Shown here: in pieces, positions 49,040 to 62,079 of the stretch
Numbering within the stretch: position 1 is the first letter of the stretch
How the letters are laid out: each line of letters starts with the position of its first letter
Notes under the pieces: model-generated
Told to the model about the DNA's origin: nothing
Seen by the model: only the letters and a program-made list of their open reading frames with translations
The model's database searches: none
Program-made: the position numbers and the translations under genes
NCBI RefSeq assembly: GCF_902713615.1
Contig: NC_052149.1
Span: forward strand, 99,579,121 to 99,643,120
Origin: Scyliorhinus canicula
Taxonomy: Eukaryota
DNA: 64,000 nucleotides
Direction: 5' to 3'

Positions 49040-49465
49040 TCTGCGAACGAAACAATTGCTATGTCCTTCCACAACCACAAGACATCTCAAAAGTACTTTA
49101 CAGCCAATTAAACACTTTTTGCAGTAGTCACTGTTGTATTAGGGAACACAGCAGCCAATTTGTGCATAGCAAGCTCTCACAACAAGTGTGATAAAAAGCA
49201 GATAATCTGTTTTGTTGATTCAGGGATAAATACTGGTTATCGCACCGGGGATAATGCCCCTGCTCTTCATCAAAATAGTGCCATACGACCTTTTACATCT
49301 ATTCAAATGGGCAGGCAGGACTTCAGTTTAATGTGTCATCAAATAAACAGCAACTCTGACAATGCAATACGGCACTCACAGCCTTGATTATTCAAGTCCT
49401 CACTCAATACTCAAGTCCTGGAGCAGAGCCTGAACTCACAACCTTCGGACTCAAGACACCACAGT
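49040..49465 (-). mobile_element. DeuSINE (SacSINE1/AmnSINE1-like)
   Basis: Deu-domain-like CCCTGCTCTTCATCAAAATAGTGCCAT..CTTTTACATC..GTTTAATGTGTCATC, with a tRNA-like head at the right end. Confidence 0.65.
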
Positions 49466-49928
49466 GCTACTATTCTTCTGAAGATGGTGCAGATCAAGTG
49501 CCAGGACATCAGATCTGGCCCACAATGAAAGTTAAATATGACACCCCTGTACTAGAGTTCAAGGAAAAGTATTCTGTTTAAAATATTACATGATGAAGGT
49601 TTTATTATCACTTACTGTTGTTAGCACTATATATTGCCTAATAAAAGTGGTCTATACAAATTACAAATTACTCAGTGATACTGTACGTAATTTTGTAAAT
49701 CATGCTGAAAATTCTTACTTAAGCCTATTTTTTATGTTTTTCAAATAAAGGTCGTTTGTACTTTTCTGTAATTCTGATTTAAATTTTCTAAATTTGGGTG
49801 TGAGGAGAAAGGGTTTCAGGTGGGGAGTATGCAATCTCTTAACAAAAGTTCCGAGAAACATCAGTTCAATAAGTCAAGCACAATATATTTTACTCCTCCT
49901 TAAAGGAGAGAGAAATAATTCTTCTTAC

Positions 49929-50027
49929 CGGTTGTATTACGTTCTGTGGGGGTCTCTGTTCCGGTGCTCGTCCTTCTTCCCTAGCTTTTACCGACTGTAA
50001 AATCGCAAATATGTTCTTCGAAAAATT
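49929..50027 (-). CDS. CDC73: CDC73/parafibromin internal exon (human exon 8 equivalent), 99 bp, [33 protein letters not shown]
   Basis: Manual minus-strand translation matches recalled parafibromin [26 protein letters not shown]. Acceptor cag at 50030-50028, donor gtaag from 49928, phase 0/0. Confidence 0.97.
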
Positions 50028-50239
50028 CTGAGGGATGGAAAAAAACAATCAGCACTGGAAATTTTAAATGTGGGGAATATAGTCGCATGACCTGTTTTGT
50101 TCATACAAAACTGATAACTGTGAACGCAGAAGAATGATCAACAGAAAATATAGTTCAAATTCGCACAATTAAGAATTAATCTGAACTTCATTATCTTTCA
50201 ACCTACATACTGCCATCTTTTGTGCAAAAGGAATGCCAG

Positions 50240-51390
50240 AATTTGGCCAAGCACCAACTCTCAGATATTTCTTCCTACCTGCCAGAGACCATGACCCCAC
50301 CAATGAATATCAAGCTATTGTTTCCAGGATTGCCACTGACCTCTTCTCCTTCAGAGATCTTCCCTCCACAGTCTCCCACCTCATAGTCCATTGATCCAGA
50401 ATAGTCCACTTCTTCCTCCTTCCCAAAATCCACAAACAGGACTGTCCTGAAAACCTATCGTTTCGGCCTGTTCCTTCGCCACTGAATTTATTTATTCCTC
50501 TATTTTTTTCTACCCTTATTCAGTCTCTTCCCACTTACATCCATGACTTCTCCTACATTATTCCAACAATTTCCAATTTCCTTGTCATAACCACTTCTCC
50601 AATACAACTCTCTTAACATCCATCTCCCACCAGGATAGTCTGAGGGCTCTCTAATTCTTCCTTGAACAGAGGCCCAAAGGAATCCCCTAACACAGCCATG
50701 CTACTCCTGATCTGGCTGAACTGATTTGCTCATTGAACAATTTTTCCTGTATCTCATGTCCTCCAAAAGGTGTTGTGATGGGCACTTGCATGGGCCCCAG
50801 ATATGCAGGTCTTTTTGTGGTGTACGTGGAACATTTCTTCTCCCAGTGTCACCCAGGCCCGTCACCAATTCTTTTGCCAGTTCATCAATGACTACATCAG
50901 TGCCGCTTCCTGCTCAGAACTTCTTCTAATTTCCACCATTTTCTCACCTTCACATCTGTCTCCAACATTTCCTTTCTCAACTTCTCTGTCTCCATTTCTG
51001 GGGACAAACTATCCACTAACTTTCATTATAAGCCCACTAACTCCCACAGCTAACTAGACTATACGTCTTTACACCCTGCATTATATGAAGACTCTTTCTA
51101 TTCTCCAAGTTCTTCATTGCATTTGTTCTGATGATGCTATCTTACACATCTCCCTTTCTCGTCAACCAAGGATTCCCCCCCATCCACTTTCCACTAAGGG
51201 GCCCTCAACCATGTTCGACCTATTTCATGCACCTACTACTCTCATCTCCTTCCATCCCTCCGAGAACATGATTGGGTTCTCGTTGTCCTCACTTTCCATC
51301 CCACAAACCTCCGCATTCAAAGGATATGCCACCAACAGATGATCTCCCCTTCCCCCATCAGCATTCCAAAGGGAGACACTTTTTCTGCTC
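50240..51390 (+). mobile_element. Penelope-like element RT region, degenerate
   Basis: Remnants FFLLPKIHKQDCP, GVVMGTCMGPRYAGLF and FINDYISAAS (YIDD motif). Confidence 0.85.
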
Positions 51391-51859
51391 TCCCTCCCCT
51401 TCCAAAAGGTTTAAAACATTTCTACCTCCCTTCAGTTCTAAGAGTCACTCAACTCGAAATGTCAATTTTGTTTCCCTCTCCACAAATTTTGCTAGTCCTG
51501 AGTTTTCCCATGCTTTGTTTTTGTGCCAGAATTTGGATGGTGCTTCCTTAAGACCAATTTTAAACTTAACGAAAACCACAAAACTAACTTTACAGCTGCT
51601 GGTAAATAACTGCATTAATAAGAGCAGGAAATTGCAAAGGAATCATGAATCTTTAAAATCATCATAGTTATATTTGAATGTAAAGATAGTGTCATCAGAA
51701 GTGAGTTTAAAGGAGGATAGTGGAAGCAAGGGAATGTTACAGCTGCTCCTTTGAAGGTAACGGTAGCCTCAAAATAAAACTAGACTAAACTGAATGGGCT
51801 GGATACAACAGTCCATTGTATCAATGCTATTTAGATTAAGTCAGAGAAAAGAATGGCAA

Positions 51860-53555
51860 CATATACGTAAATACAATATGAAAGTAAGCCAGTGGGAAAC
51901 ATAACAAATTTCTATATGTATGTAAAGAGAATAAGATCAAGAAAAACAAATGTAGGCCCCTTACAGTCAAAAATGGGGGAATTCATAACAAGAAACAAAG
52001 ACATGGCTAAGGAACTAAATTCGTACTTTGTTTCTCTCTTCACAAAGGAAGACATAAATAATGTACCAGAAGTTGTGAGAAACACAGGGTTTAATGAGAA
52101 GCTCAAGAAAATTAGTATTAGTAGAGAAATGGTTTGGGGGAAATTAATGGTATTGAAGGTGGATAAATCTCCAGGTCCTGTTAATCTTCATCCCAGAGTA
52201 CTTAAGTTGCCTTAGAAATAGTAGAGCCATTGGTGGCCATTTTCCAAAATTCTTTGGACTCTAGAATGGTTCATACAGATTGGAGGGTAGCTGATATAAC
52301 CCAACTATTCAAAAAGGTAGATAGAGAGAAAACAGGGAACTGAGACCAGTGAGTCTGATGTTGGTAGTAGGGAAGTTGCTGGAGTCCAGTTTCATAGCAC
52401 AGCATGTGGAAAGCAGTGGTATTATCAGACAAAGTCAGCATGGATTTACAAAAGGGAAATCATGCTGACAGATCTACAAAAATTCTTTGAAGATGTAACG
52501 AGCAGAGTTGACCAGGGAGAACCGGTGGCTATGATGTGGTTTAAGAATGTTTTCGATAACGTCTCACATAGCATATTATTATGTAAAGTTAAACCACATG
52601 GGATTGCATGTAATGTCTCGAGACGGATAGAAAGCTAGTGACAGGCAGGAAGCAAAATGTTAGAATAAATGAGTCTTTTTCCGGTTGGCAGGCAGTGACG
52701 AGTGGGGTACCGCATGGACCTGCCTTAGGACCCCAACTGTTCACATTATATGATTTGGACAAGGAAAATAAATATATTTCCACATTGGCAAATGATATAA
52801 AGTTGGGTGTGAGGGTGAACTAGGAGGAGGATGCAGAGATGCTTCAGCGGAATTTGGACAGGCTGACTGAGTGGGCACATGCATGGCAGATGCAGTGTAA
52901 TGTGGATAAATGTGAGGTTATCCACTTCAGTAGCAAAAATAGGAAGGCAGACTTGAATAGGTGTAAATTGAGAGAGGTGGATACTCAGTGAGACCTTGGT
53001 GTCCTTGTGCAGCAGTCGGTGAAAGTAAGTGCTCAGGTACAGCAGGAAGTAAAGAAGGCAAATCGTACGTTGGCCTTCATAACGAGAGGATTTGAGTATA
53101 GGAATAGAGATGTTTTATTGTAATTCTATAGGGCATTGGTGATGCCACTCCTGGAGTATTGTGTACAGTTTTGGTGTCCTTATCTGAGGAAGGATGTTCT
53201 GGGAGTGCAGCAAAGCTTTACCAGGTTACTTCCTGGAATGGCAGGACTGTCATGAGGAGAGACTAAATTAGTTAAGATTATATTCATTGGAGTTTTGAAG
53301 AGTTGGGGGGGTGATCTTGCTTCACCCACAGAGTGGGTAATCTGTGGAATTCACTACCACAAAAAGTAGTTGAGGCAAAAAAAATTGTGTGGTTTCAAGA
53401 AGGAATTAGATTTTGCTCTTGGGACTAAAGGGATTAAGGGGTATGGAGGGTAGGCAGGATCAGGGTATTGAACTTGATGATCAGCCATGATCATAATGAA
53501 TGGTGGAGCAGGTTCGAAGGGCCGATGGCCTCCTCTAGCTTCTAATTTCTACGCA
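51860..53555 (+). mobile_element. CR1 LINE RT and 3' UTR, degenerate
   Basis: KSPGPVNLHPRVLK, WQAVTSGVPHGPALGPQLF. Similar to 9140-11015. Confidence 0.92.
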
Positions 53556-53561
53556 CAATTC

Positions 53562-53773
53562 TTTTTTTTTTAGTATAAATTTAGAGTACCCAATTCATTT
53601 TTTTTCCAATTAAGGGGCAATTTAGCATGGCTGATCCAACTATCCTGCAGATCTTTGGGTTGTGGGGGTGAGATCCATGCAGACGTGGGGAGAATGTGTA
53701 AACTCCACACGGACAGTGACTCAGGGCCGGGTCTTTGGCACTGTGATGCAGCAGTGCTAACCGCTGTGCCACC
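53562..53773 (-). mobile_element. Short V-SINE inserted in the CR1 tail
   Basis: TTTT..AAATTTAGAGTACCCAATT..GGGGCAATTTAGCATGG. Confidence 0.85.
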
Positions 53774-53957
53774 ATTCTATGTATGTTTCTATGTATGAAT
53801 ACTTCAGGAATTTTCAAGGTCACTGAGAATATTTAACTGGTTGCACCATTTAGCCTCGAGTCAAGTTCTGTTGAACTTGTAAAAAGCCACGGTTTTTAAG
53901 TCAGCTTAGATTTTACTCAGCAGAAGCACAACAATCATGCTGCTTATAAAAACTGGA

Positions 53958-54131
53958 CCATAAGACCACAATACATAGGAGCAGAATTAGGCCACTCGGC
54001 CCATCGAGTCTGCTCCACCATTCAATCATGGCTGATATTTTTCTCATCCTCATTCTCCTGCCTTCTCCCCATAACCTCTGATCTCCTTATTAATCAAGAA
54101 CCTATCTATCTCTGTCTTAACGACTCTCAGT
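53958..54131 (-). mobile_element. CR1 3' terminus
   Basis: CATAGGAGCAGAATTAGGCCACTCGGCCCATCGAGTCTGCTCC. Confidence 0.85.
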
Positions 54132-54896
54132 GGACAAGTGTGGAAACAGAGACTGACATTATATTTTTACAGGAATATCTCAGCAGCTACATGCCAAAAA
54201 TGTCTGTTGATCAATTTCTATAGTACAACTAGCCAACTGCTAAGACTGTGATATATAATTCATATTGTTTACTTAGCACTGGATTATATTTAATACATGG
54301 TTTCATAACAGTGGAATTATTGGCGTCAATATTATGTGTTTATGGATCTCAACGGCTCACAGCCAATCACTATTTTCTTTAGTATATCAATGATTTTGTA
54401 GAATCAAAATCAATGAGTGTAATTAGAGAATTCAACTGGGAAAATGCTTAATACAAGCCTTCACACATAATCCACAATTATCCTTGTTCAACAATCCAAT
54501 TCAAATTTAAGGTAAGTGTATCAATTACATTCAACAGAAACTAGAACATACTTAAGTGCTTCATAATCACAATTAGTAAACTTAATATTCAACTTTATTT
54601 CAACCTAGCAAATCAGCAAAATCAGATATATTGCACTCTCTGATCTGGAAAGTGATCATGATGATAATAAATGGTATCATTGAGGGGATAGCAGCTCTGG
54701 AATGATCAAACTTATGATCTAAGATTTGGAAAAAATGAAGACTAAGAGCAAAGTATGTCATTTTAAGCAGCTAACAAAGACAATGTGGCAACAATGCAAG
54801 CCAATATTTGAGTGTTAAACAGCATTTCAGCAGTTGGCAAGTAGAATGCTTTTAAAGATAGAAAGCAGAGCATGATGATTAATACATTCAGGATCA

Positions 54897-55025
54897 GCAC
54901 ATTCTCCCCGTGTTTGCGTGGGTTTCACCCCCACAGCCCAAAGATGTGCAGGGTAGGAGGATTGGCCACGCTAAATTGCCCCTTAATTGGAAAAAATAAT
55001 TGGGTACTCTAAATTTATTTTTAAA
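54897..55025 (+). mobile_element. 5'-truncated short V-SINE with ~19-bp TSD
   Basis: AATACATTCAGGATCAGCA (54881-54899) and AATACATTCAGGATTAGCA (55026-55044). Confidence 0.85.
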
Positions 55026-55455
55026 AATACATTCAGGATTAGCAGCACAGACAAATATAACCCTGATCCTAAATAGATTAACAACTTAAACCGGAAGCAC
55101 GAAACATGGAGAGCAATCACTACAAATCCTGCTGGGAATAAAAGGTGAGATACACTTGATAAATATATGGACATATAAAAACATATTAAAAGATGACTAG
55201 AGGAGTAAAGATGAAAATGCAAAAGACAGTTTTATTGCGAAGTAAAACAGATCAGTCAAACATTCTCAGTATTTTAACAGAAGACTTTAGAAAAGTCTAA
55301 AAGTTTCCAACAGAGTTCAAAGTCAGAAAAAATTAATATACTTAATGATCACTGACACAAATTGAGTATTCTTTATATTTTTATCTCCTGCCCAATAGGA
55401 AAGATTACATCCATGAACGAGCCTATTATTCATAAACTGAAATGTGTGTTTACAT

Positions 55456-55982
55456 TGTTATGGGCAAGGGCTTAGAAACTCCAAAGTATATTATGAAGTT
55501 CACCTGATTTACAACTTTTATGTTGAATTTGACTAGGATGAGCACAAGAGGTGTGACTCAACGGTCTTCCCAGACACTTTACCAAAACAAGCTTTATTCT
55601 AAGAATTTAGCTAACATTTAGATGACACATAGGGTGTGGCCAAGCACTCTGCATTCTCACTTGAACAAGACTGGCCTTTCCTGAGATTCTGACCCTGTCT
55701 CACCAACAGGTTTAAACCCTTCCGGAAAGCAAACTGTATCTTTTAAGTTATCAAAGCAAGTAGCAAGAATCAATGTTTTTTTTACTGGAACAGATCCTAA
55801 AAATGAAGATAGGGAGAGGCAGGCCAAAACACTTATTTTCACTGTCTGTAATACACAGCAGTCAAAACCGAAAGCGAAAGTAAAACAACCCTCTCAGCCC
55901 AGCTCAGCTCCACCCACAAAATGACATCACTGAAGCCATGTGATAAGACAAAAACCTTTCTTAAAGGGAAACCCCCATGACA
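55456..55982 (-). mobile_element. Solo LTR, 527 bp
   Basis: Termini TGTTATGGG / CCCATGACA (8 of 9 inverted match), 4-bp TSD ACAT (55452-55455, 55983-55986), minus-strand AATAAA at about 55592. Confidence 0.8.
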
Positions 55983-57971
55983 ACATATAAAATAATTCTG
56001 GGGGTGATGAATAAACCATTAACCTACTGAAAGCAATTAAAAGTGCCTGCACCTCCTGGTCTCTTGACTGTCAGACAAGCAACAGTGAAAATTTGATAAT
56101 TGACATTACTTGGAATAAAGGCCTGCAAGCAAGTGTTTATTTAAAGTGTTTATACATAACTCAGATATTGAGTACTTCAGTGGCGCAGACATTCATTACT
56201 GAAACCTTGACATAAAACTCTACTTCCTCATTTTAAAACCAAGGCAGGACACCAGACATGTAAGGAGGTGTATAAATAGTAACAAATTGTTGCAATTCAA
56301 AGGCATCAGTTGGTTGGACAGATTTTCCATAATATTCAAACTCGCACCATTAGAGCAATTTTCCTCCCCTTTGGGTTCAGGTTTCCAAACAATTAGCTCT
56401 TTCCCACAGCCAGGTAATCAGCATTTGCATTGTTATGTGTGTGAACTTAGTAACTAATTTTCCTGGAATTAACCACTCAACAGAAGTGACACATCAACGT
56501 TTTGAAACTTCAACACAAGGCAGCATCCACATCCTTTCATGTAATAGAGGTAATGGGTATGCAGCAAACAAATCTATATTCTTCTCAGTTTGCTGCGCCG
56601 CCTATGCATGGTTTTAGGAGCAGACGTCCAATATTTGTAGCCTCCTCTTGACCTCGTAGCCTGGTATGCCAAAGACGAAACCCCATACACCTGGGCCGAA
56701 TCATTTGCAGTGTTGTCGGAAGGTGTTCGCTGGAGGGAAATGCCAACCACCTAACAGGACTCCACTCCAGATGTTGAGTCAGGTTTATTTCTTTAGACAT
56801 TTGCTCTCAATGGATTATAGCGAACGAGGTTTACCAACCGAAGACAAGTTTGATGATACCCTTTTGCATCAACAACTTAGCATTGGAAAGGTACAGCTAT
56901 GAACATGTATTATTTGGCAGGTGGAGGAGAGAGGACAAAAAGGTGCTTCAATCATGCTTCTAGTGCTTGCACAGGTCGAGGTGTATTCAAACAAACTGGT
57001 TAAAGTCGAACCAATGTGCATTTCAGCTACATGTGCATGCAGTTTGTTGTCAGCAAACAATAATTATGTTCAGTGGCCAACAGTTAGAGAATATACAAAG
57101 TCCCTCCCCTTAAAGAAATTACAATAAGTACCTGGTACGATTTCGAACAAACAGATCAAACAAAGTAAAATGGTTATTTCTCCTAAGTATTCACATGACT
57201 GACATGTCCTCCTTAGATAATAATAATCCAAGTAGGTAGCAACATTGATACAAATGAGATGGAAATATTAAACAGGCTGAAAACAACCAAATCTCCAGAG
57301 ATTATATCCATCCCAGAATATTGAGATATATGGAGTGCGTGTGATCATTATGAAGCAGTCAAATACAAGGGAAGTCCCAGTAGATGGATAGAGGCTTGAT
57401 GGCGTATGTTTTCAAAGACAACAAAACAAATTCTAACAGCTCTTCAACTTTGTCTAAAATAGTGGAATCTAATAACAGGAACTTTCTTCAGGATTGCCTG
57501 CACAACGATGACCTAATAAATCACAATCAACATAGAAATGTGAAAGATATTGGCCAGACAGCAGCCTTTTTTTGAATTTCAACAAGTGACATCTCAGTGG
57601 ACTCCACCATAGAGTCATAGATGATGCAGCACAAGAGGTCAGTGAGACAATCAAGTCTGTGTTGGTTCTTTAATAGAGTAATCCACTCAAGCCAACTGTC
57701 CATCCATTTGCATAAGACCATAAAACATAGGAGCAGAATTAGGCCATTTGCCTCTCGAGTCTTCTAAACGATTTCCTGAAACGTATTTTCCCTATTCTTT
57801 AAATAGTATTGCGACAGTCTTGTCACAATTACATAGAACCTTGCTGGGGCTTTAACTGAAGCATTAACTGAAGGACGGATATGGTTGCCTTAGACAAAAT
57901 GCAAAGCAGTCTCAGACTGATTTACATGAGAAGATTGTCCCTTGAGGAGAGATTGTGTAGAATGGACCTAA

Positions 57972-59180
57972 TGTTGTGATTCAATGATTTGTGCACAAGT
58001 GATATTAACCTGTGATTTCACCAGCTGACCAATCGCATACTGAACTGTTTAACCATTTTCATGACAAGAATAGACACTGACCAAAGATGGCTGCCATAGG
58101 TCATCCGACTTTTGGTATTGCGGGTGATCAGTTTCTTTAAAGTTCCAATATGGAACAAAATTCAGTCATGCCACAACATACCTGTCTGGGATTTCACACC
58201 TGAGGATATCAAGAACCACTTCAAAGCATTTTACTGAAATGTACAAGAATAGCTTTTGCATTTCCATAACAATACCTTGCCAGCAGAGACAGAAAGCCGG
58301 AAAGAACTATGGTTATATGGAGATATGACTTTCTAGTTCATCAAGATGGAAAATTCAGGGGATTAATGGTTGGGACATTACAGAGACTAATCCGTCAACC
58401 ATGAAATAAAAGCAACTGTCGGTTCAGATAAACAAACCCTTTTTTAAAACTGTTATTGGGAGAAAGTGAAACAACCATTTTAATATTTCTAACACAAGCT
58501 GCTAAAGACAGCAGTGAGTCATCTGGAAAAGATGCCAATAAATCATAGGCACTCCTTTGTTCTTTCTCTCCATCCCACCTCCCCCCACCAAGTTAAGACC
58601 CTATGTTTTAAAATTTAGCACTGACATGATGAATTTTCCATCAAAAGGAACCTCAGATGTAAAACTATGGGACATTTGGAAGAGGCGGATAAAGGATTTA
58701 AAAGAAATAATGTCAAGCAATTGCAGTTATGTGGGCTTCAACTCAACTCCTGGAATCTAAACACACTCGGGGAAAAATCTGCTGCAGCCACAGTGAGGCA
58801 GCCAAAGGGTGAAATAATTAACTCTCAATTTCTTTATCTTTCAACATTGAACCGCAATTTATTGAAGCAAGTAACTACATATGGTATATCTTGTATTTTT
58901 ACATGCATGTCTAAATATGGATCGTAAAATTGAGAAGTGCTCTTTTAAGTATTTTGCCATCTTTACCTGGGTGGGTGTTGAACAAAAGAAAACCCCTGTT
59001 TGTTTTCAACCTCAAGAAAGCCTGCCAGACTGGCTTTTCTGTAACCAGTACAAATAGTTAAATATAGACATTCATAAAATTCCTTCATCCTTCTTTATTC
59101 ACAAAAAAAACCGTAAGACATACACTTGGGAAGGTAGGGCAGGAGAGTTTTATTTTATCCCTCCCCATTTGGCCATAACA
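57972..59180. mobile_element. Probable solo LTR inserted in an old CR1
   Basis: TGTTGTG..CATAACA termini with TAA on both sides. CR1-like sequence resumes after it. Confidence 0.5.
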
Positions 59181-59372
59181 TAATAAACCCCAAGCTCAGA
59201 TGAATGAGAGGGAGTTCAGATGAATGAGAGGCAATATCATTGAAATATATAAAATTCTGCAGTTGTATCTAAAGGCAAATAACTAACAGGATGCTCCTGG
59301 GCGGCGAAGGCCCGCTAATGGGTCACAGACTCAAAATAAGGAATCAACCATTTAGGATAAAGATAAAGAACA

Positions 59373-61040
59373 CTTGGATTGGATTGGATTTGTTCATTGT
59401 CACGTTCGCCGAGATACAGTGAAAAGTATTTTTCTGTGAGCAGCTCAACAGATCATTAAGTACATGGAAAGAAAAGGGAATAAAAGAAAATACATAATAG
59501 GGCAACACAAGGTATACAATGTAACTACATAAGCACCGGCATAGGATGAAGCATACAGGGGTGTAGTGTTAATGAGGTCAGTCCATAAGAGGGTCATTTA
59601 GGAGTCTGGTAACAGCGGGGAAGTAGCTGTTTTTGAGTCTGTTTGTGCGTGTTCTCAGACTTCTGTATCTCCGACCCAATGGAAGAAGTTGGAAGAATGA
59701 GTAAACCTTGTGGGAGAGGTCTTTGATTATGCTGCCCGCTTTCCCCTGGCAGCAGGAGGTGTAGATGGGAGTCAATGGATGGGAGGCAGGTTCATGTGAT
59801 GGACTGGGCGGTGTTCACAACTCTCTGAAGTTTCTTGCGGTCCTGGGCCAAAGCAGTACCCATACCAGGCTGTGATGCAGCCAGATAGGATGCTTTCTGC
59901 GGTGCATCTGTAAAACTTGGTAAGAGTTAATGTGGACATCCCAAATTTCCGTAGTTTCCTGAAGAAGTATAAGCGCTGTTGTGCTTTCTTGGTGGTAGCA
60001 ACGACGTGGGTGGACCAGGGCAGATTTTTGGAGATGTGCACCCATAGGAATTTGAAATTGCTAACCATCTCCACCTCGGCCCCGTTGATGCTGACAGGGG
60101 TGTGTACAATACTTTGCTTCCTGAAGTCAATGACCAGCTCTTTGGTTTTGCTGGCATTGAGGGAGAGATTGTTGTCGCTGCACCACTCCACTAGGTTCTC
60201 TATCTCCCTCCTGTATTCTGACTCATCGTTATTCAAGATCCGGCCCACTATGGTCGCATCGTCAGCAAGCTTGTAGATGGAGTTGGAATCAAATTTTACC
60301 ACGCAGTTAAATGTGCACAGGGAGTAGAGTAGGGGGCTAAGTAAGCAGCCTTATGGGGCCCCGGTATTGAGGACTATTGTGGAGGTGTTGTTGTTCATTC
60401 TTACTGAATGTGGTCTGTGGGTCATAGAGTCAAGGATCCAGTTGCAGAGTGGGGAGCCAAGTCCGAGGTTTTGCTGCTTTGATATGAGCTTGGCTGGGAT
60501 TATAGTGTTGAAGGCGGTTCTTTAGTCAATAAATAGGAGTCTGATGTAGGAGTCCTTGTTGTCGAGATGCTCTAGGGATGAGTGTAGGGCCAGGAAAATG
60601 GCGTTTGCTGTGGATGAGTTGTGGCGGTATGCGAATTGCAGTGGGTTAAGGCGTTCTGGGAGTATGGAGGTGATGCACTTCATGACCAACCTCTCAAAGC
60701 ACTTCATTACGACTGAAGTCAGGGCCACCAGACAGTAGTCAGTCACGTTGCCTGGCTATTCTTTGGCACCGGTATGATGGTGGTCTTCTTGAAGCAGGTG
60801 GGGACCTCAAAGTGGAGTAGGAACAGGTTATAGATGTCTGCCAGCTGGTCCAAGCACACTCTGAGTGCACAACCATGGATCCCGTCCGGGCCCGTCGCCT
60901 TCCGAGGGTTCCCTTTAGGAAAGCCAATCTGACTTTGGAAGCTGTGATGGTGGGTATGGGTGAGTTATGGACTACTGGTGCACTGGACAGCGGATTGTTG
61001 GTTTCCTGCTCAAACCGAGCATAGAATGCATTGAGTTTAA
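59373..61040 (-). mobile_element. Rex1/Babar-clade LINE (RT and 3' end) inserted in a CR1
   Basis: [29 protein letters not shown] and KLADDATIVG..LSLNASKTKELVIDFRK. (ATCCA)n tail. Confidence 0.88.
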
Positions 61041-61161
61041 GTGAACTCCTTCACTTAAAGGACTGCGAATCTGTGGAATTTGCTATCACTGAGCTGTGCA
61101 TATCCAGTCAAGTCAGAGATTGACAGATTTTGGGATACTAAGGGAATCAAGGACTATGGAG

Positions 61162-61462
61162 ATAATAATAATTTTTCTTGTCACACGTAGGCTTACATTA
61201 ACACTGCAATTAAGTTACTGTGAAAAGCCCCTAGTCGCCACATTCTGGCACCTGTTCGGGTACACAGGAGGAATTTAAAATGTCCAATTCACCTAACAGC
61301 ACTTCTTTCGGGACTTGTTGTAGGAATCCGGAGCATCCGGAGGAAACCCACGCAGACACAAGGAGAACGTTCAGACTCCTCACAGTGACCCAAGGCGGGA
61401 ACTGAACCTGGGACTCTGGAGCTGTGAAGCAACTGTGCTAACAACTGTGCTACCATGCTGCT
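61162..61462 (-). mobile_element. V-SINE variant (alternative tail)
   Basis: Same family as 5934 and 11211. Confidence 0.85.
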
Positions 61463-62013
61463 CTTTGGTGCAGGAAGGAAGGAATCACAGAGCATAGATG
61501 ATCAGCCAAGAATTAATTTATTGATTGGCACAGCAGGCTTAGAGGGCTGACTGTTCTACTTCTGTTCCTATTTCTTATGTTTTGATTACTGAATCTGCTT
61601 CTGTCATCTTTTCAGGAAATTAATACCAGATCACAACAACTCGTAACAAAGTCAACAAATTCAGGTGGAAAATAATAGCAGATTAAATATAAAGCAGAGC
61701 ACAAATGTTGCCCATAACAAGAGGGCAGACTATGACTGGCGTACTCCATGACTTGAGTCAAAATCATTACCAGCACAATTGTTCTTTTAATTTCCTTGCC
61801 AAACTGATCTCTGTACATCATTTACCACTTTCAAACTCATCATCTCCTTTCACCATTACTTTCCCTTTTGCTCAACTCCATTGGCATTTATGCTCCACAG
61901 GAGTCTCCCCCCCAACTATCTTTATCTGACCCCATGAAATAGCCTACACAAATTTCTCCAACTTCGCATGAATAGCTTTTATGCTATGTCTTATCCCAAC
62001 ATTCTCTATCTTT

Positions 62014-62053
<40 letters not shown>
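62014..62053. repeat. (TA)n microsatellite
   Basis: Direct inspection. Confidence 0.95.
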
Positions 62054-62056
<3 letters not shown>

Positions 62057-62079
62057 TCTAGATTTTTTGATTTCCCACA

